Shown here: positions 9,743 through 21,275 of the stretch, in pieces
Layout: each line of letters begins with the position of its first letter
Position numbering within the stretch: the stretch's first letter is position 1
NCBI GenBank assembly: GCA_050949565.1
Contig: JBMNFY010000013.1
Coordinates: 1 to 50,067 of the forward strand
DNA: 50,067 nt
Source: Kiritimatiellia bacterium
GTDB taxonomy: Bacteria; Verrucomicrobiota; Kiritimatiellia; RFP12; UBA1067
Reading direction: 5' to 3'
Notes under the pieces: model-generated
Seen by the model: only the letters and a program-made list of their open reading frames with translations
The model's database searches: none
What the model was told of the DNA's origin: nothing
Position numbers and translations under genes: made by a program

Positions 9743-11017
9743 ATGAGAATCAGGTGTGTCTTTCTGACTGTGACGGTGCTCGGCATGGGGTTGATTTCTT
9801 TCGGGCAACACATAGACCCGACACTTTCCGCTTTGCTCATCCCTATGGTGGCTCCGACGACGAGGCCGTGGTATGAACCGGACGACTCGCTGATGTCACT
9901 GAACGCAGGACTCGGCTTTGAGAACGCGGACAGGATGATTCGGATCATGAAGGAAGGACTGGTCGGAGAACAGTGTCCGCTTGCGTCAACCCTTCCGGGC
10001 ACCAAGAAATATATCACGAGAATTTCCGAGGCGCTTCACCGGAGCGGGGATTCCCCGGAGATCACCAACACCCTGCATCAGGCGCTGCTCACGCCAAACA
10101 ATCTCTACCGCGACATCATCCTGCACGCTTACATCATGGCCTCGCCCGTACCGATGACGTTTCTTGCGGAAACGGTGGTCAAGGGGTTCCCCGCAGGACA
10201 GCGGAAGGCGTGGTACGCCGCAGCCGGGGAGAAGGCCCTGCACCGGGACTCGTGGGAGGACAGCCTCATCGACCGCCCGTCGCGGGAAGTGCTGCGGTAT
10301 TCGCACTTCCTGAACCGCGTCAAGGCCATTGAAACCGACCCCGAATGCCTGCGGGTCATCGGGAACCCCTTCGATCCCGGACGGGAGGCTTTCCCGACGC
10401 TAGTGCCGGGTGGCGGAGAGGATACCGGAAACAGACACACCGCGCCCAACGCAGCCGTGCGGTTCTTCGCCCGGGTCGCCCCGTCGTCGCGGCCGTGGCA
10501 CGAGGCGGACGACTCGCTGCGCTCCGTCAACGCGGGGCTGGCGCGCGGCAGGGACGGGGGGATGGTCGGCCTGATCGGGGCAGAACTCCTGTCGCGGGAG
10601 ACGCCGCTCGCGCGGACGTCTGAAGGGACGCCGGAATATGTCGATGAGCTTCTCGGCACCCTCTGGCGGAGCGGGGATTCGCCGGAGATCACCAACATCC
10701 TGCACCGGGCCCTGCTCGCGCCGACCAACCATTACCGTGAGGCCACGTTTCGCGCCTACGTCATGGCCTCTCCCGTGCCGATGACTTTTCTTGCGGAGAC
10801 CGTGGTTAAGGAGATCCCCCCAAAAGAAAGGGATGCGTGGTATGCCAGATCCGGATCGAAAAAGCTGAAAACACACGACTGGATAAGCCGCTCCATCGAC
10901 CGCCCGTCGCGGGAGTCGCTGCGGTATTCGCACTTCCTCAACCTGATCAAGGCCATTGAGACCGATCCCGAGTGTCTGCGGGGCCTCGGCGACATCGTCG
11001 ATCCGAAGTGGGAGTGA
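9743..11017 (+). CDS. Secreted hypothetical protein with internal two-fold repeat; copy 2 of the tandem pair
   Basis: Same RBS and leader as copy 1, highly similar protein throughout, identical C-terminus ...GLGDIVDPKWE*. Confidence 0.75.
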   Translation: MRIRCVFLTVTVLGMGLISFGQHIDPTLSALLIPMVAPTTRPWYEPDDSLMSLNAGLGFENADRMIRIMKEGLVGEQCPLASTLPGTKKYITRISEALHRSGDSPEITNTLHQALLTPNNLYRDIILHAYIMASPVPMTFLAETVVKGFPAGQRKAWYAAAGEKALHRDSWEDSLIDRPSREVLRYSHFLNRVKAIETDPECLRVIGNPFDPGREAFPTLVPGGGEDTGNRHTAPNAAVRFFARVAPSSRPWHEADDSLRSVNAGLARGRDGGMVGLIGAELLSRETPLARTSEGTPEYVDELLGTLWRSGDSPEITNILHRALLAPTNHYREATFRAYVMASPVPMTFLAETVVKEIPPKERDAWYARSGSKKLKTHDWISRSIDRPSRESLRYSHFLNLIKAIETDPECLRGLGDIVDPKWE

Positions 11018-11062
11018 ACGCATCTGCCGCAAATCCTGCGTGATGAAAGAGAAAGGATAAAA

Positions 11063-11815
11063 ATGATGACGATGCTGATGGGTGTTTTGCTGTGCTTTTT
11101 AGGCGCTTTTTATGCGTCTGCCGCTGTGGTGTCGCAATGCGAGGCTGTCGCGGACAGGGTACTCGTGAACGCGGATGGTTGTGTGCTGTCATGGATATCT
11201 TTGCGCGAAGGGGCGGCATGGGGTCCGGCCATCGCGGGGGCGACGTCTTGGGGATTGCCCGCGTTGGAAGCGGCGGGGATCACGTTCGATATGCCGGGAG
11301 CCCCGGCCTCGCCGTTCTGCTCCAGTGCCATTTCGGTTTCGACGCTCTTCATCGTGGCATCTCTGGCAGAATCATCCAATCACTTTGCCGCACTTGTCGA
11401 GGCCCCTGGGGCGTCTGTGACAGTGGCTGCCCGTGCTTTGCCGCTGACCTACGACCCCGAGGATGCCGAAGGGCTTTCCGTACGCGTCAACGGCCAACCG
11501 GTGTGGACGTTTCCCGACGGGCGGCATATCGTGGAGGTTGATTTCGCGCAGGCCGTGCCCGGCTGCGACCTTCGGATAGGCGGGGTCTCGGTATGCGCTT
11601 CATGGCGGCAGTCATGGTGCGGCCATATATCGGAGATTGTCGCGTTTGACACGTCGCCCGATGAGGCTGTCCGCCGGACTGTCCGAAGCTATCTCGCCCG
11701 CCGCCACGGCGTCGCGGGATACTTCCCGCCACCCGGACCCGAGGCCGTTCTGCAGGCCATGTCGCTCGGCCTGTATACGCACGCCCTTTTCTCAACGCAG
11801 TTGTTCATGCGATAA
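11063..11815 (+). CDS. Secreted hypothetical protein with a LamG/concanavalin-like C-terminal segment
   Basis: Signal peptide. WCGHISEIVAFDTSPDEAVRRTVRSYLARRHGV resembles the GxIxExxxxxxALS...VExYLxxKWG tail of LamG-like domains. Ends FSTQLFMR*. Confidence 0.6.
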   Translation: MMTMLMGVLLCFLGAFYASAAVVSQCEAVADRVLVNADGCVLSWISLREGAAWGPAIAGATSWGLPALEAAGITFDMPGAPASPFCSSAISVSTLFIVASLAESSNHFAALVEAPGASVTVAARALPLTYDPEDAEGLSVRVNGQPVWTFPDGRHIVEVDFAQAVPGCDLRIGGVSVCASWRQSWCGHISEIVAFDTSPDEAVRRTVRSYLARRHGVAGYFPPPGPEAVLQAMSLGLYTHALFSTQLFMR

Positions 11816-12035
11816 GTACGGTAAGAAAGGGATCGCGTAAAGCCAGTGGCCTTGCGAAAGACCGCTCGTGATTCCGATGCGCGGTTAGGTTTTCAAGGAG
11901 TGCGCACACCAGCCTTTCGCAGGACACGCTGTTGCGGGCGAGGACGCCCGCGCCCCGACTCACTGCTCACCTTTTCATCAGAAACGCACGATCTTCGCAC
12001 GCCTCTGTCACCAGCCGATTACAGCCTTCCAGCGG

Positions 12036-14567
12036 CTACTTCGAGGTAGCGAAGCTCGGGCGGCGGTTCTTGTACCACGCCAGCATGATCGGCGTCGCGA
12101 TAAAGATCGTCGAGAAAACACCGGCGATCACGCCGATCAACATCGCGAGGGCGAAGTCGTTGATTGACCCGCCGCCGAAGATGAAGAGCACCAAGGTCGC
12201 GATCAACGTGGTCAACGAGGTCAGAATCGTACGGCTCAACGTCTGATTGATGGCACGGTTACAGAGCGCCGGGAAGTCAGTCTTCGTATCTTTGCGCAAG
12301 TCCTCGCGGATACGGTCAAAGATCACGATCGTGTCGTTGATTGAATAACCGACGATCGTCAGCAACGCCGCCACGGTCGTCAGACTCACCTGACGCCCCA
12401 TGAGGCTGTAGAGGCCGAGCGTAATGAAGGCGTCGTGTGCCAGTGCGAACACACCACCGAGGGCGAAGCCAAACTCGAAGCGCAACGACACGTAAATCAG
12501 GATGCCGATCAGCGAGAAGAAGATCGCCTTGGCGGCCGCATGCTTGAGGTCTGCGCCGACTTCGGAGCCCACCTCCTCTTCGCCCGCCAGCGTAAACTGG
12601 CTCTCGGGGAAGGCCTTGTTCAGAGCGGTGGTAATCGCCGTGGAGACGTTCTCTTCGCCAACCTTCATGACGCTGGTTTTGATCAGTAGCGTTTTGCCGG
12701 TACCTTCAAGCGCAGACTGGTACTGGATCACGGCGTCGGTCTTGACGGTGTCGGTCACAACCTTGCGGACGTCGCCGATGTCGACTTGTTGCGTGTAGTT
12801 GAAGGTCATGGCGGCACCACCGGTGAAATCCACCGCCAGAACGCTGGCGGGGTTCCTGATACCGCGGACAAAGAAGAGCGTGAGCGTCACCACGATGACA
12901 CCCAGCGCGGTATAGCCGAAGGGCTTGCCCCAACGCAGGAAGTCGAAGTTCGCGTCCTTCAAAAACTGCATCATCTTGTAGGGCTTCACGCGGTCTTCGG
13001 GCACCGTGGCATTGAAGATCAGACGCGTCACGACCAATGCCGTGAACATGCTGATGATGATACCGGCGGTCAGGGTGATGGCGAAGCCGCGGATCGGGCC
13101 AGCGCCGAAGATAAAGAGGATGACGGCCGTCAGCAACGTCGTGATGTTGGAGTCGAAGATCGCGAGGAAGGCGCGGTCGTAACCGGCGGCCACCGCCGCG
13201 CGCGTCGATTTGCCGAGCGCGAACTCTTCACGCATACGCTCGAAGATCAGCACGTTGGCATCGACCGCCATGCCGAGGGACAGCACGAGACCCGCGATAC
13301 CCGGCATGGTGAGCACCGGTAAATCAAGCGCATGCTTGGAGACTGCCGCGTCTTTGACGAAGACACTCAGGATACTGGAGGCGATAATCAGGCCGGCCGG
13401 CAACAGCAACACATCGAGAAGTAGCGCGACATTGGCAATCAAGCCGCAGTAGGCGTAGTAGGCCAACATGAAGGCCGCAACCAAGATGGTGGCCAGCACA
13501 GCGGCGTTGATGCCGCTGCGGATCGCGTCGGCGCCGAGGGTCGACTCGACCGAACGCTTCTCAAGGATCTTCATGGGCGCGGGCAGCGAGCCGGCGTTCA
13601 GGATGTTACGCAGCACGGCGGCCTCGGACCACTTGAAGTTGCCCTCGATAACAGCGCGACCGTCAGGGATCTCGGTCTTGAGCACCGGAGCCGAGTAGAG
13701 CGTATCATCAAGCACGATCGCCAGACGGCGCCCCACATCGCTGTCCTTGTTGCGCGAACCACGCGGCGCATAGGCCTTGGTCAGGCGCGCGAAATCTGCG
13801 GCACCCTTGGCGTTGAAGACCAGCGAGACATGCACGCGGCCGGTCATGGACTCGATTTCGACCGATGCGCTGGAGAGGGCATCACCGGTCAATTCGGCTC
13901 TACGCAGCACGAAAATGGGGCGGTAGATAACCTGACCGACCGCAGTTTGCTCACGCTCCAGCATGAAGGCGTAACGCGGATCGGGCACTTCGAAAAGCGA
14001 GAGACGGCGCGCGTAATCAGGGTCCTTGACCAACTCATTGTAATTCGGCGCACGCTTGTAACCGCGGCCATCTTCAGAGGAGACGTAACCTTCCGGCAGG
14101 CGACCGGAGGAGAGTACTTTGTCGACCAGTTGATCGTTCTGCTTGTGAACCAGCTTAAACTCCAGAAAGGCCGCGCTCTGAATGCTCTTTTCGGCGGCTT
14201 CGCGCTGTTCGGCATCGACGCCCGGAAGCTGAACCACAATACGGTGGTTCTTGCCAGCTTGGATGACCGGCTCGTTGACGCCCAAGCCGTCGATACGGTT
14301 GCGGATCACTTCAATCGCCCGCGCGTCCGCGTCCTTGAGGATGTTGTTGACCTGATTCTGCACCTCGACATCATTCAACTCGGGATTGCCAGCTTTGACG
14401 TTAGCGATGAGCCGCTCTTCGTCGATCGCCACAGTAAAGCTCGTACCGCCGGAAAGGTCCAAGCCGAGGCGGATTTTTTCCTTAGGTGGAATCACGACAT
14501 ATACAGACAGCACGGCCAAGAAGACCAAGATCAGCCACTTCCAGAGATCGCTTCTACTCATTCTCAT
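12036..14567 (-). CDS. secDF: Protein translocase subunit SecDF (fused)
   Basis: LGLDLSGG, IRNRIDGLGVNEP, GMAVDANVLIFER, DFTGG, GYSINDTIVIFDRIRE motifs. Start set at the ATG after GGAG. Confidence 0.97.
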   Translation of the reverse strand: MRMSRSDLWKWLILVFLAVLSVYVVIPPKEKIRLGLDLSGGTSFTVAIDEERLIANVKAGNPELNDVEVQNQVNNILKDADARAIEVIRNRIDGLGVNEPVIQAGKNHRIVVQLPGVDAEQREAAEKSIQSAAFLEFKLVHKQNDQLVDKVLSSGRLPEGYVSSEDGRGYKRAPNYNELVKDPDYARRLSLFEVPDPRYAFMLEREQTAVGQVIYRPIFVLRRAELTGDALSSASVEIESMTGRVHVSLVFNAKGAADFARLTKAYAPRGSRNKDSDVGRRLAIVLDDTLYSAPVLKTEIPDGRAVIEGNFKWSEAAVLRNILNAGSLPAPMKILEKRSVESTLGADAIRSGINAAVLATILVAAFMLAYYAYCGLIANVALLLDVLLLPAGLIIASSILSVFVKDAAVSKHALDLPVLTMPGIAGLVLSLGMAVDANVLIFERMREEFALGKSTRAAVAAGYDRAFLAIFDSNITTLLTAVILFIFGAGPIRGFAITLTAGIIISMFTALVVTRLIFNATVPEDRVKPYKMMQFLKDANFDFLRWGKPFGYTALGVIVVTLTLFFVRGIRNPASVLAVDFTGGAAMTFNYTQQVDIGDVRKVVTDTVKTDAVIQYQSALEGTGKTLLIKTSVMKVGEENVSTAITTALNKAFPESQFTLAGEEEVGSEVGADLKHAAAKAIFFSLIGILIYVSLRFEFGFALGGVFALAHDAFITLGLYSLMGRQVSLTTVAALLTIVGYSINDTIVIFDRIREDLRKDTKTDFPALCNRAINQTLSRTILTSLTTLIATLVLFIFGGGSINDFALAMLIGVIAGVFSTIFIATPIMLAWYKNRRPSFATSK

Positions 14568-14687
14568 TTGAACAACTCCACGGTTAAACAAAGCCCTTCA
14601 GGTGCCTAAAAGGGCGATACTATACCAACATTCGTACCGCTTTTCAGCAATGAAATGAAAAAAACGTTGTGCGGCGATCAACGGCGA

Positions 14688-15026
14688 TCAACGAGGCTCT
14701 TCCTGTGTCACCGCCTCGCCCTCTTTCAGGACGCGGGACACCGCACCGCGCGCGACCTCGATCGTCACCTTGGGCGAGACCTCGATCATGAATGTCGTTT
14801 CGCGCGCTTCGGTGATGGTGCCGATCAAACCGCCGGCGAAGATCACCCGCTGGCCGGCGCGCAGTTCGGCGATCATGCTCAGGCGCTCCTTCTCTTTACG
14901 CTGCTGCGGCCGGATCAGCATGACGTAAAAAAGGGCGAACACCAAAATCATCGGGAACAGCATACCGCCGATACCCGCCGCGCCGCCCTGCTGAGCCGCC
15001 TGTGCTAGAAAACTCGTTGTCATCAT
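14688..15026 (-). CDS. yajC: Preprotein translocase subunit YajC
   Basis: FYVMLIRPQQRKEKE...GQRVIFAGGLIG motif, located between tgt and secDF. Confidence 0.95.
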   Translation of the reverse strand: MMTTSFLAQAAQQGGAAGIGGMLFPMILVFALFYVMLIRPQQRKEKERLSMIAELRAGQRVIFAGGLIGTITEARETTFMIEVSPKVTIEVARGAVSRVLKEGEAVTQEEPR

Positions 15027-15100
15027 GGCCTATTCCTTACTCTTAACTTGAACGTTGAGCGTCCCTGTTGTCCTTCGTTTTCGCCCGGTTCCCCGAGCAG

Positions 15101-17249
<2,149 letters not shown>

Positions 17250-17271
<22 letters not shown>

Positions 17272-17939
17272 GCCAGCGCCTCAATCGCCGCAACCGCAGC
17301 CTCGGTGTCGGCGAAGTCCGGCAGCACCAGGTCAGCGCCAGCCTCGGCCAGCGCGTCGGCCGTGACCCAGCCGGTAGCCACCGCCACGGCCTTGAGCCCG
17401 TTGGCGTGCGCAGCGTGAATGTCATTCGGAGTATCGCCGATCAGCACACGTACCGGAGTATCGGCAGGCGCGCGCACGCAGGCCAAAGCGGCGATCTCAT
17501 TACGTTCGTGGTGATCGTCGCCATACGCACCGAAGAGAAAAGCGTGGTCGATGTCTATGTGACGCAGCTTGCTCCAAGCTGTGGCGCGCACATTGCCGGT
17601 GACCAGCCCGAGGGCGTATCCGCGGTCGACCAGACGCGCGATCAGTTCCGGCACGCCCGGATAGACCAACGGGCGCGTCTCGTCAAGCGCGGCATCAATC
17701 GCATGCGCCAGACGCAGAAAAAAATGTTCCTCGCGTGCCGGGGTACTGTCCACACCACACTCCGCCGCCATCTGGCGCACCACATTAGAATCGGTTGCAC
17801 CCACAAAAGTCAGACCAGCGAGATCGGGATAAGGCACCCCGTAGGCAGCCTCAAAAGCGACGCCGAACGCCCTCCGCCCCACGCCGCGGGCGTAGAGCAA
17901 AGTGCCGTCGATATCGAACAGAAGGGCAGCGCGTGTCAC
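17250..17939 (-). CDS. HAD-superfamily hydrolase (phosphoglycolate phosphatase-like)
   Basis: Motif I FDIDGTL, motif II LVTGN, motif IV IGDTPNDI. Confidence 0.9.
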
Positions 17940-17959
17940 GGGGCGAATACACTATCATA

Positions 17960-18060
17960 GAGGCTCTTGCAAAACACCTCGTAGCATGGGCGTCCCGCCC
18001 ATGAAACACGGGCAAGATGCCCGTGCCACACCTGCAATCAAGGGGTTTTGAAAGAGCCTC
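17960..18060 (+). mobile_element. ~100-bp MITE/REP-like element, copy B
   Basis: Terminal inverted repeats GAGGCTCTTGCAAAAC / GTTTTGAAAGAGCCTC (15/16 match) around two GC-rich palindromes. Confidence 0.85.
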
Positions 18061-18137
18061 GGTAAAGAGGGTGAAAATTAGGTGTTAAAGGTGAGATTGT
18101 ACCATAATTGCACAGGAAAAAGCGATAGGGACAAGCG

Positions 18138-18198
18138 AAAAAAATTTTAAAAAAAATTGCTGGACGGGGTTGACAAACTTCGCCTTATCCACTATCCT
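18138..18198 (+). promoter_or_regulatory. Strong sigma70-type promoter with UP element
   Basis: A/T tract 18138-18158, TTGACA 18170-18175, 17-nt spacer, TATCCT 18193-18198. Confidence 0.8.
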
Positions 18199-18204
18199 TG
18201 AGTC

Positions 18205-18685
18205 AAAGATTGGGACGGGTGTTTCGATCTTCTGGTTAATCTCACGGAAGGAGGCGATTTAAGGTTTTATCTTTTCGAAGCTCCGTAGCCCATGCGGGCC
18301 GTCAGACTTGAATCTTGATAATGGCCGTGGGCGTGTGGAAATCGACTGATCGGGCGATAGGCCCACACAGACGACGAGGGGCTTGCCGGACTTAGGAAGT
18401 GACCGGGCAACAAGCAGGGCGGCTTTCCGCCAGAAACAGAAAACGAAGTTGCCGGCGGATCCCAGTACGAACGTCAGGTAATGAATCACTCTTCGCTGAT
18501 TGATAACACATCGGGACATTGACACCGTAGCGTGAGAGAAGGTAAAGGCGACACATAACCCCGGACGCTATGTTGGCGGATCGGTGACATTGAGTAAACC
18601 AATACGAAAGGACGTGTTTTCTGAACACCGAAGTAGTATGCGGAGACGCATAGGGGTTCCCTCAGGCAAGAGGGAACCCTTTTTT
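18205..18685 (+). ncRNA. Candidate large structured non-coding RNA (~480 nt), family unrecognised
   Basis: Promoter and terminator enclose a segment with no + strand ORF of 60 aa or more and back-to-back helices, including a GNRA-capped hairpin. Confidence 0.6.
18652..18685 (+). terminator. Rho-independent terminator
   Basis: GGGTTCCCTC-AGGCAA-GAGGGAACCC followed by TTTTTT. Confidence 0.9.
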
Positions 18686-18788
18686 ATACCTTTAAATGCA
18701 CAATAGGGAATTCAACGTGAAACGAATGGTGACGACCGCGGTTGCGGAATGCGTAATGTCGGGTGCGGGGCGAGCGGCCACCGCAGAA

Positions 18789-21188
18789 ATGAAGGTGCAT
18801 GTGTTCGTGATTGCCTTGGCGGCTAGCCTTCTGGCGAATGCGGGCCCCATCTCCGCTGAAAAAGTGCTGGTGTATGGCCAGGAAGCATCTCTCATCCACG
18901 AAGGAGCCATCCTTCTGGCGGATACGTTCAAAACCTCCTCCGATGTGTGGGGAAAAGTCAGCAATTATGCAAACGGGCTCAAGTTCACATATGGCGATGA
19001 CGGACTCACCATCAGCAACAACACGGGGGGAAAAGATTGCGATACCGCATGGGGGCTTACCTCCAAGCCTCTGATTTTGCCCAAAGACGTATCTGCTTTT
19101 ACGCTGGCTGTGACAATGAGGTCAGCTCAGAAATTTTTTGATGCCAAAGGGGGCGATTCATATTCAAACAAAATTCGCTGGATGGATGACGAGGGCAATG
19201 AGGTTTGCCCTTCCACCCAACTCAAATTTGATACGCAGGCGGGACGGTTCATAACAACCACGCTTTCCGGCCTCATTCCTGTAAACGCGACCCGAGCTGT
19301 CCTTTCCCTCGGAGCCGACTCCCCGAACATCATCGCGGCAGCCGAATCGATGACGCTCCGTGACGTGAGCTTTCAGGTCTACAATCCTAAAAACGCGACA
19401 TACGCGACATCCGGCACAATGATTTGCGGCCCCGTCAACGCCAAGAGCGGGACCTTAACCTGGTCGGCTGAGGTACCTGAGGGGACCAGCCTGTCTTTGC
19501 AGGTTGCGACGTACAAAGAAGGTGAGGCCCTGACTTTTGTCGGCCCGGACGGAACAGAAAAGAGCAGCTTCACCCAGAGCGGCACGGCCATCCCAAAGGC
19601 GCTGACCCAAGGCAAGGTTCTGGTGAGGGCGACATTCAGCGGCAACGGCAAGGCGACGCCCGTGTTACAGTCTGTGAAAGTGGCCGGTCAGTCCGCCGGT
19701 CGTTTGGCTCTGAGGTCAACTGCCATTGATCCGATGACACTCAAGGTGGTCCAAAAGACACGTTCGCCCCTCAAGGAATTGGACGTACCGCTACAAGTGC
19801 TGGTGACCGATGATTATCCAATCCGCTGGGACACGCTTAAGCTGGTTCTGGACGACAAGGACATCACGCAAAACGTCATTAGGGAAGGCGGCCTGTTGAC
19901 CTTCTTGCCGATGGAGGGGCAATTCACAGAAGGTGTCCATGAGTTCATTTTGACTTTGAAAAATCCAATCAATAAGTCGTTGGCCATCAAACAGGCGTTT
20001 TTCAGAGGAACACGGACTGTTCCTCAGGCACACCGCGTGACATTGCGCGATGATGGGATGACCTTGGTGAACGGCAAGCCTTTCTTCCCGATCGGCATCT
20101 ACTCGGTCTGTAAGCGCGAATTCAACGGCATGAATCTTGACAAGGCATTCAAAGACTTGAAGGCGGTCGGCTTCAACTTCGCACATACTTACGGAACAAC
20201 GCTTGGGGCTGAAGGAGATGAGTTCATAGCTGCCGCAGAAAAGTATGGCTTCAAGCTGTTTATCTCCCCGGGAAACATGCAGAACATCGCCAAACGCCTA
20301 GAAAACCCAGGCGTGTTGGCCTGGTACATCGGCGACGACACATCGGCCCACCAGCGGCCAGAAGAGCTGATCGCCAAGAACACCAACATCAAGCGCGTAG
20401 ACCCCTATCGTTTCACTTGTCAAGCAGATGCGATCGGCAACATGGACGCATCCAATTATTTCAAGTACATCGAAGGCACGGATGTGTTTCTGCCAGAGAT
20501 TTATCCTGTCCACGAAGACACCCCGGAGACCGCCCGGAACTGCGTTGCCAAGGTTATTCGGGACATGAAGGTTTTCCATAGCGATATCAAGCGGTATCAT
20601 GCAGCCCAAGTGAAAGCGGGCAAGACTCCAGAAGTGAAAGGCTGCTGGCCCATCATCCAACATTTCCAAGGCTGGGGCTGGAAACGTTTCCCGACGCGAG
20701 AAGAGTTGCGCGCCATGAGCTACGCTTCCATCGCCGCTGGCGCGCACGGCATCACGTGGTACACCTACGGGGGCTTCCCGCATCCGGAAAAAGATCCGCC
20801 TCGTATAGACTACGGCATCACCAGCTCGCCGAAGGTGTGGGGAGAGATCACTGAGATTGCAAAGGAACTCAGCGGCCTGCAGGAGGTGCTTTGCGCGCGA
20901 AATGTTGAAGTGCCTGTTTTCAAGGTGGCAGCGGGGCCTGACAAGGATGTGCTAGGCAATGCTTCTCTGACCGTCATGGCCAAAAGGCATGACAGAGAAC
21001 TCTATGTGTTTGCCGTAAACTCAGTGCTGGAGCGGATTTCGGCAACGTTTGAGTTTGAACACCTTGTCGGTGTCAAAGAGCATTTGACGGGTAAAGACAT
21101 CGCATTTACAGGCAAAGGATTCAGCGAGGATTTTGAGCCGTACGGCGTCAGGATTTTTGTCGTGAGGATCGGCGGCCAGGAGTTGTAG
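18789..21188 (+). CDS. Secreted multi-domain glycoside-hydrolase-like protein (N-terminal beta-sandwich domains, C-terminal TIM-barrel-like domain); family not assigned
   Basis: Signal peptide MKVHVFVIALAASLLANA. VNGKPFFPIGIYS...GFNFAHTY...LAWYIGDD...PEIYP...GAHGITWYTY resembles clan GH-A-like barrels. Lys-rich and lower GC3 than neighbours. Confidence 0.6.
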   Translation: MKVHVFVIALAASLLANAGPISAEKVLVYGQEASLIHEGAILLADTFKTSSDVWGKVSNYANGLKFTYGDDGLTISNNTGGKDCDTAWGLTSKPLILPKDVSAFTLAVTMRSAQKFFDAKGGDSYSNKIRWMDDEGNEVCPSTQLKFDTQAGRFITTTLSGLIPVNATRAVLSLGADSPNIIAAAESMTLRDVSFQVYNPKNATYATSGTMICGPVNAKSGTLTWSAEVPEGTSLSLQVATYKEGEALTFVGPDGTEKSSFTQSGTAIPKALTQGKVLVRATFSGNGKATPVLQSVKVAGQSAGRLALRSTAIDPMTLKVVQKTRSPLKELDVPLQVLVTDDYPIRWDTLKLVLDDKDITQNVIREGGLLTFLPMEGQFTEGVHEFILTLKNPINKSLAIKQAFFRGTRTVPQAHRVTLRDDGMTLVNGKPFFPIGIYSVCKREFNGMNLDKAFKDLKAVGFNFAHTYGTTLGAEGDEFIAAAEKYGFKLFISPGNMQNIAKRLENPGVLAWYIGDDTSAHQRPEELIAKNTNIKRVDPYRFTCQADAIGNMDASNYFKYIEGTDVFLPEIYPVHEDTPETARNCVAKVIRDMKVFHSDIKRYHAAQVKAGKTPEVKGCWPIIQHFQGWGWKRFPTREELRAMSYASIAAGAHGITWYTYGGFPHPEKDPPRIDYGITSSPKVWGEITEIAKELSGLQEVLCARNVEVPVFKVAAGPDKDVLGNASLTVMAKRHDRELYVFAVNSVLERISATFEFEHLVGVKEHLTGKDIAFTGKGFSEDFEPYGVRIFVVRIGGQEL

Positions 21189-21275
21189 ACGCGGCAATCG
21201 GTGGTATAATGGAAAGCGAGCACGGCGGACGGCCGGTCGGCAGTCGGTGCGCAGCACAAATAAAGGAGAGACGGC

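Larger units (their letters stand above)
8379..11048 (+). repeat. Direct tandem duplication (~1.33 kb unit x2) bounded by three copies of AATCCTG(T/C)GTGATGAAA
   Basis: Motif starts at 8379, 9711 and 11032. Units 8379-9710 and 9711-11031 align along their length. Confidence 0.9.

Noticed and set aside
8379-11048. CRISPR array, integron attC sites or DGR template/variable repeats
   Set aside because: Units are gene-sized, the boundary motif is not palindromic, differences are not adenine-specific, and no cas, integrase or reverse transcriptase gene is present.
18259-18628. Minus-strand ORFs of 88 and 78 aa in the intergenic region
   Set aside because: TTG/GTG starts, no RBS, no recognisable protein features, and the promoter and terminator point the other way.
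18205-18685. tmRNA, RNase P RNA or group II intron identity for the structured region
   Set aside because: No tRNA-like GGGG...TTCGA...CCA ends. AGGAAGTGACCGGGC and ACAGAAAA only loosely resemble RNase P motifs, and the 3' AACAGAA.CCGGCTTA is missing. The TATGCG-GAGA-CGCATA hairpin lacks the domain V AGC triad context.
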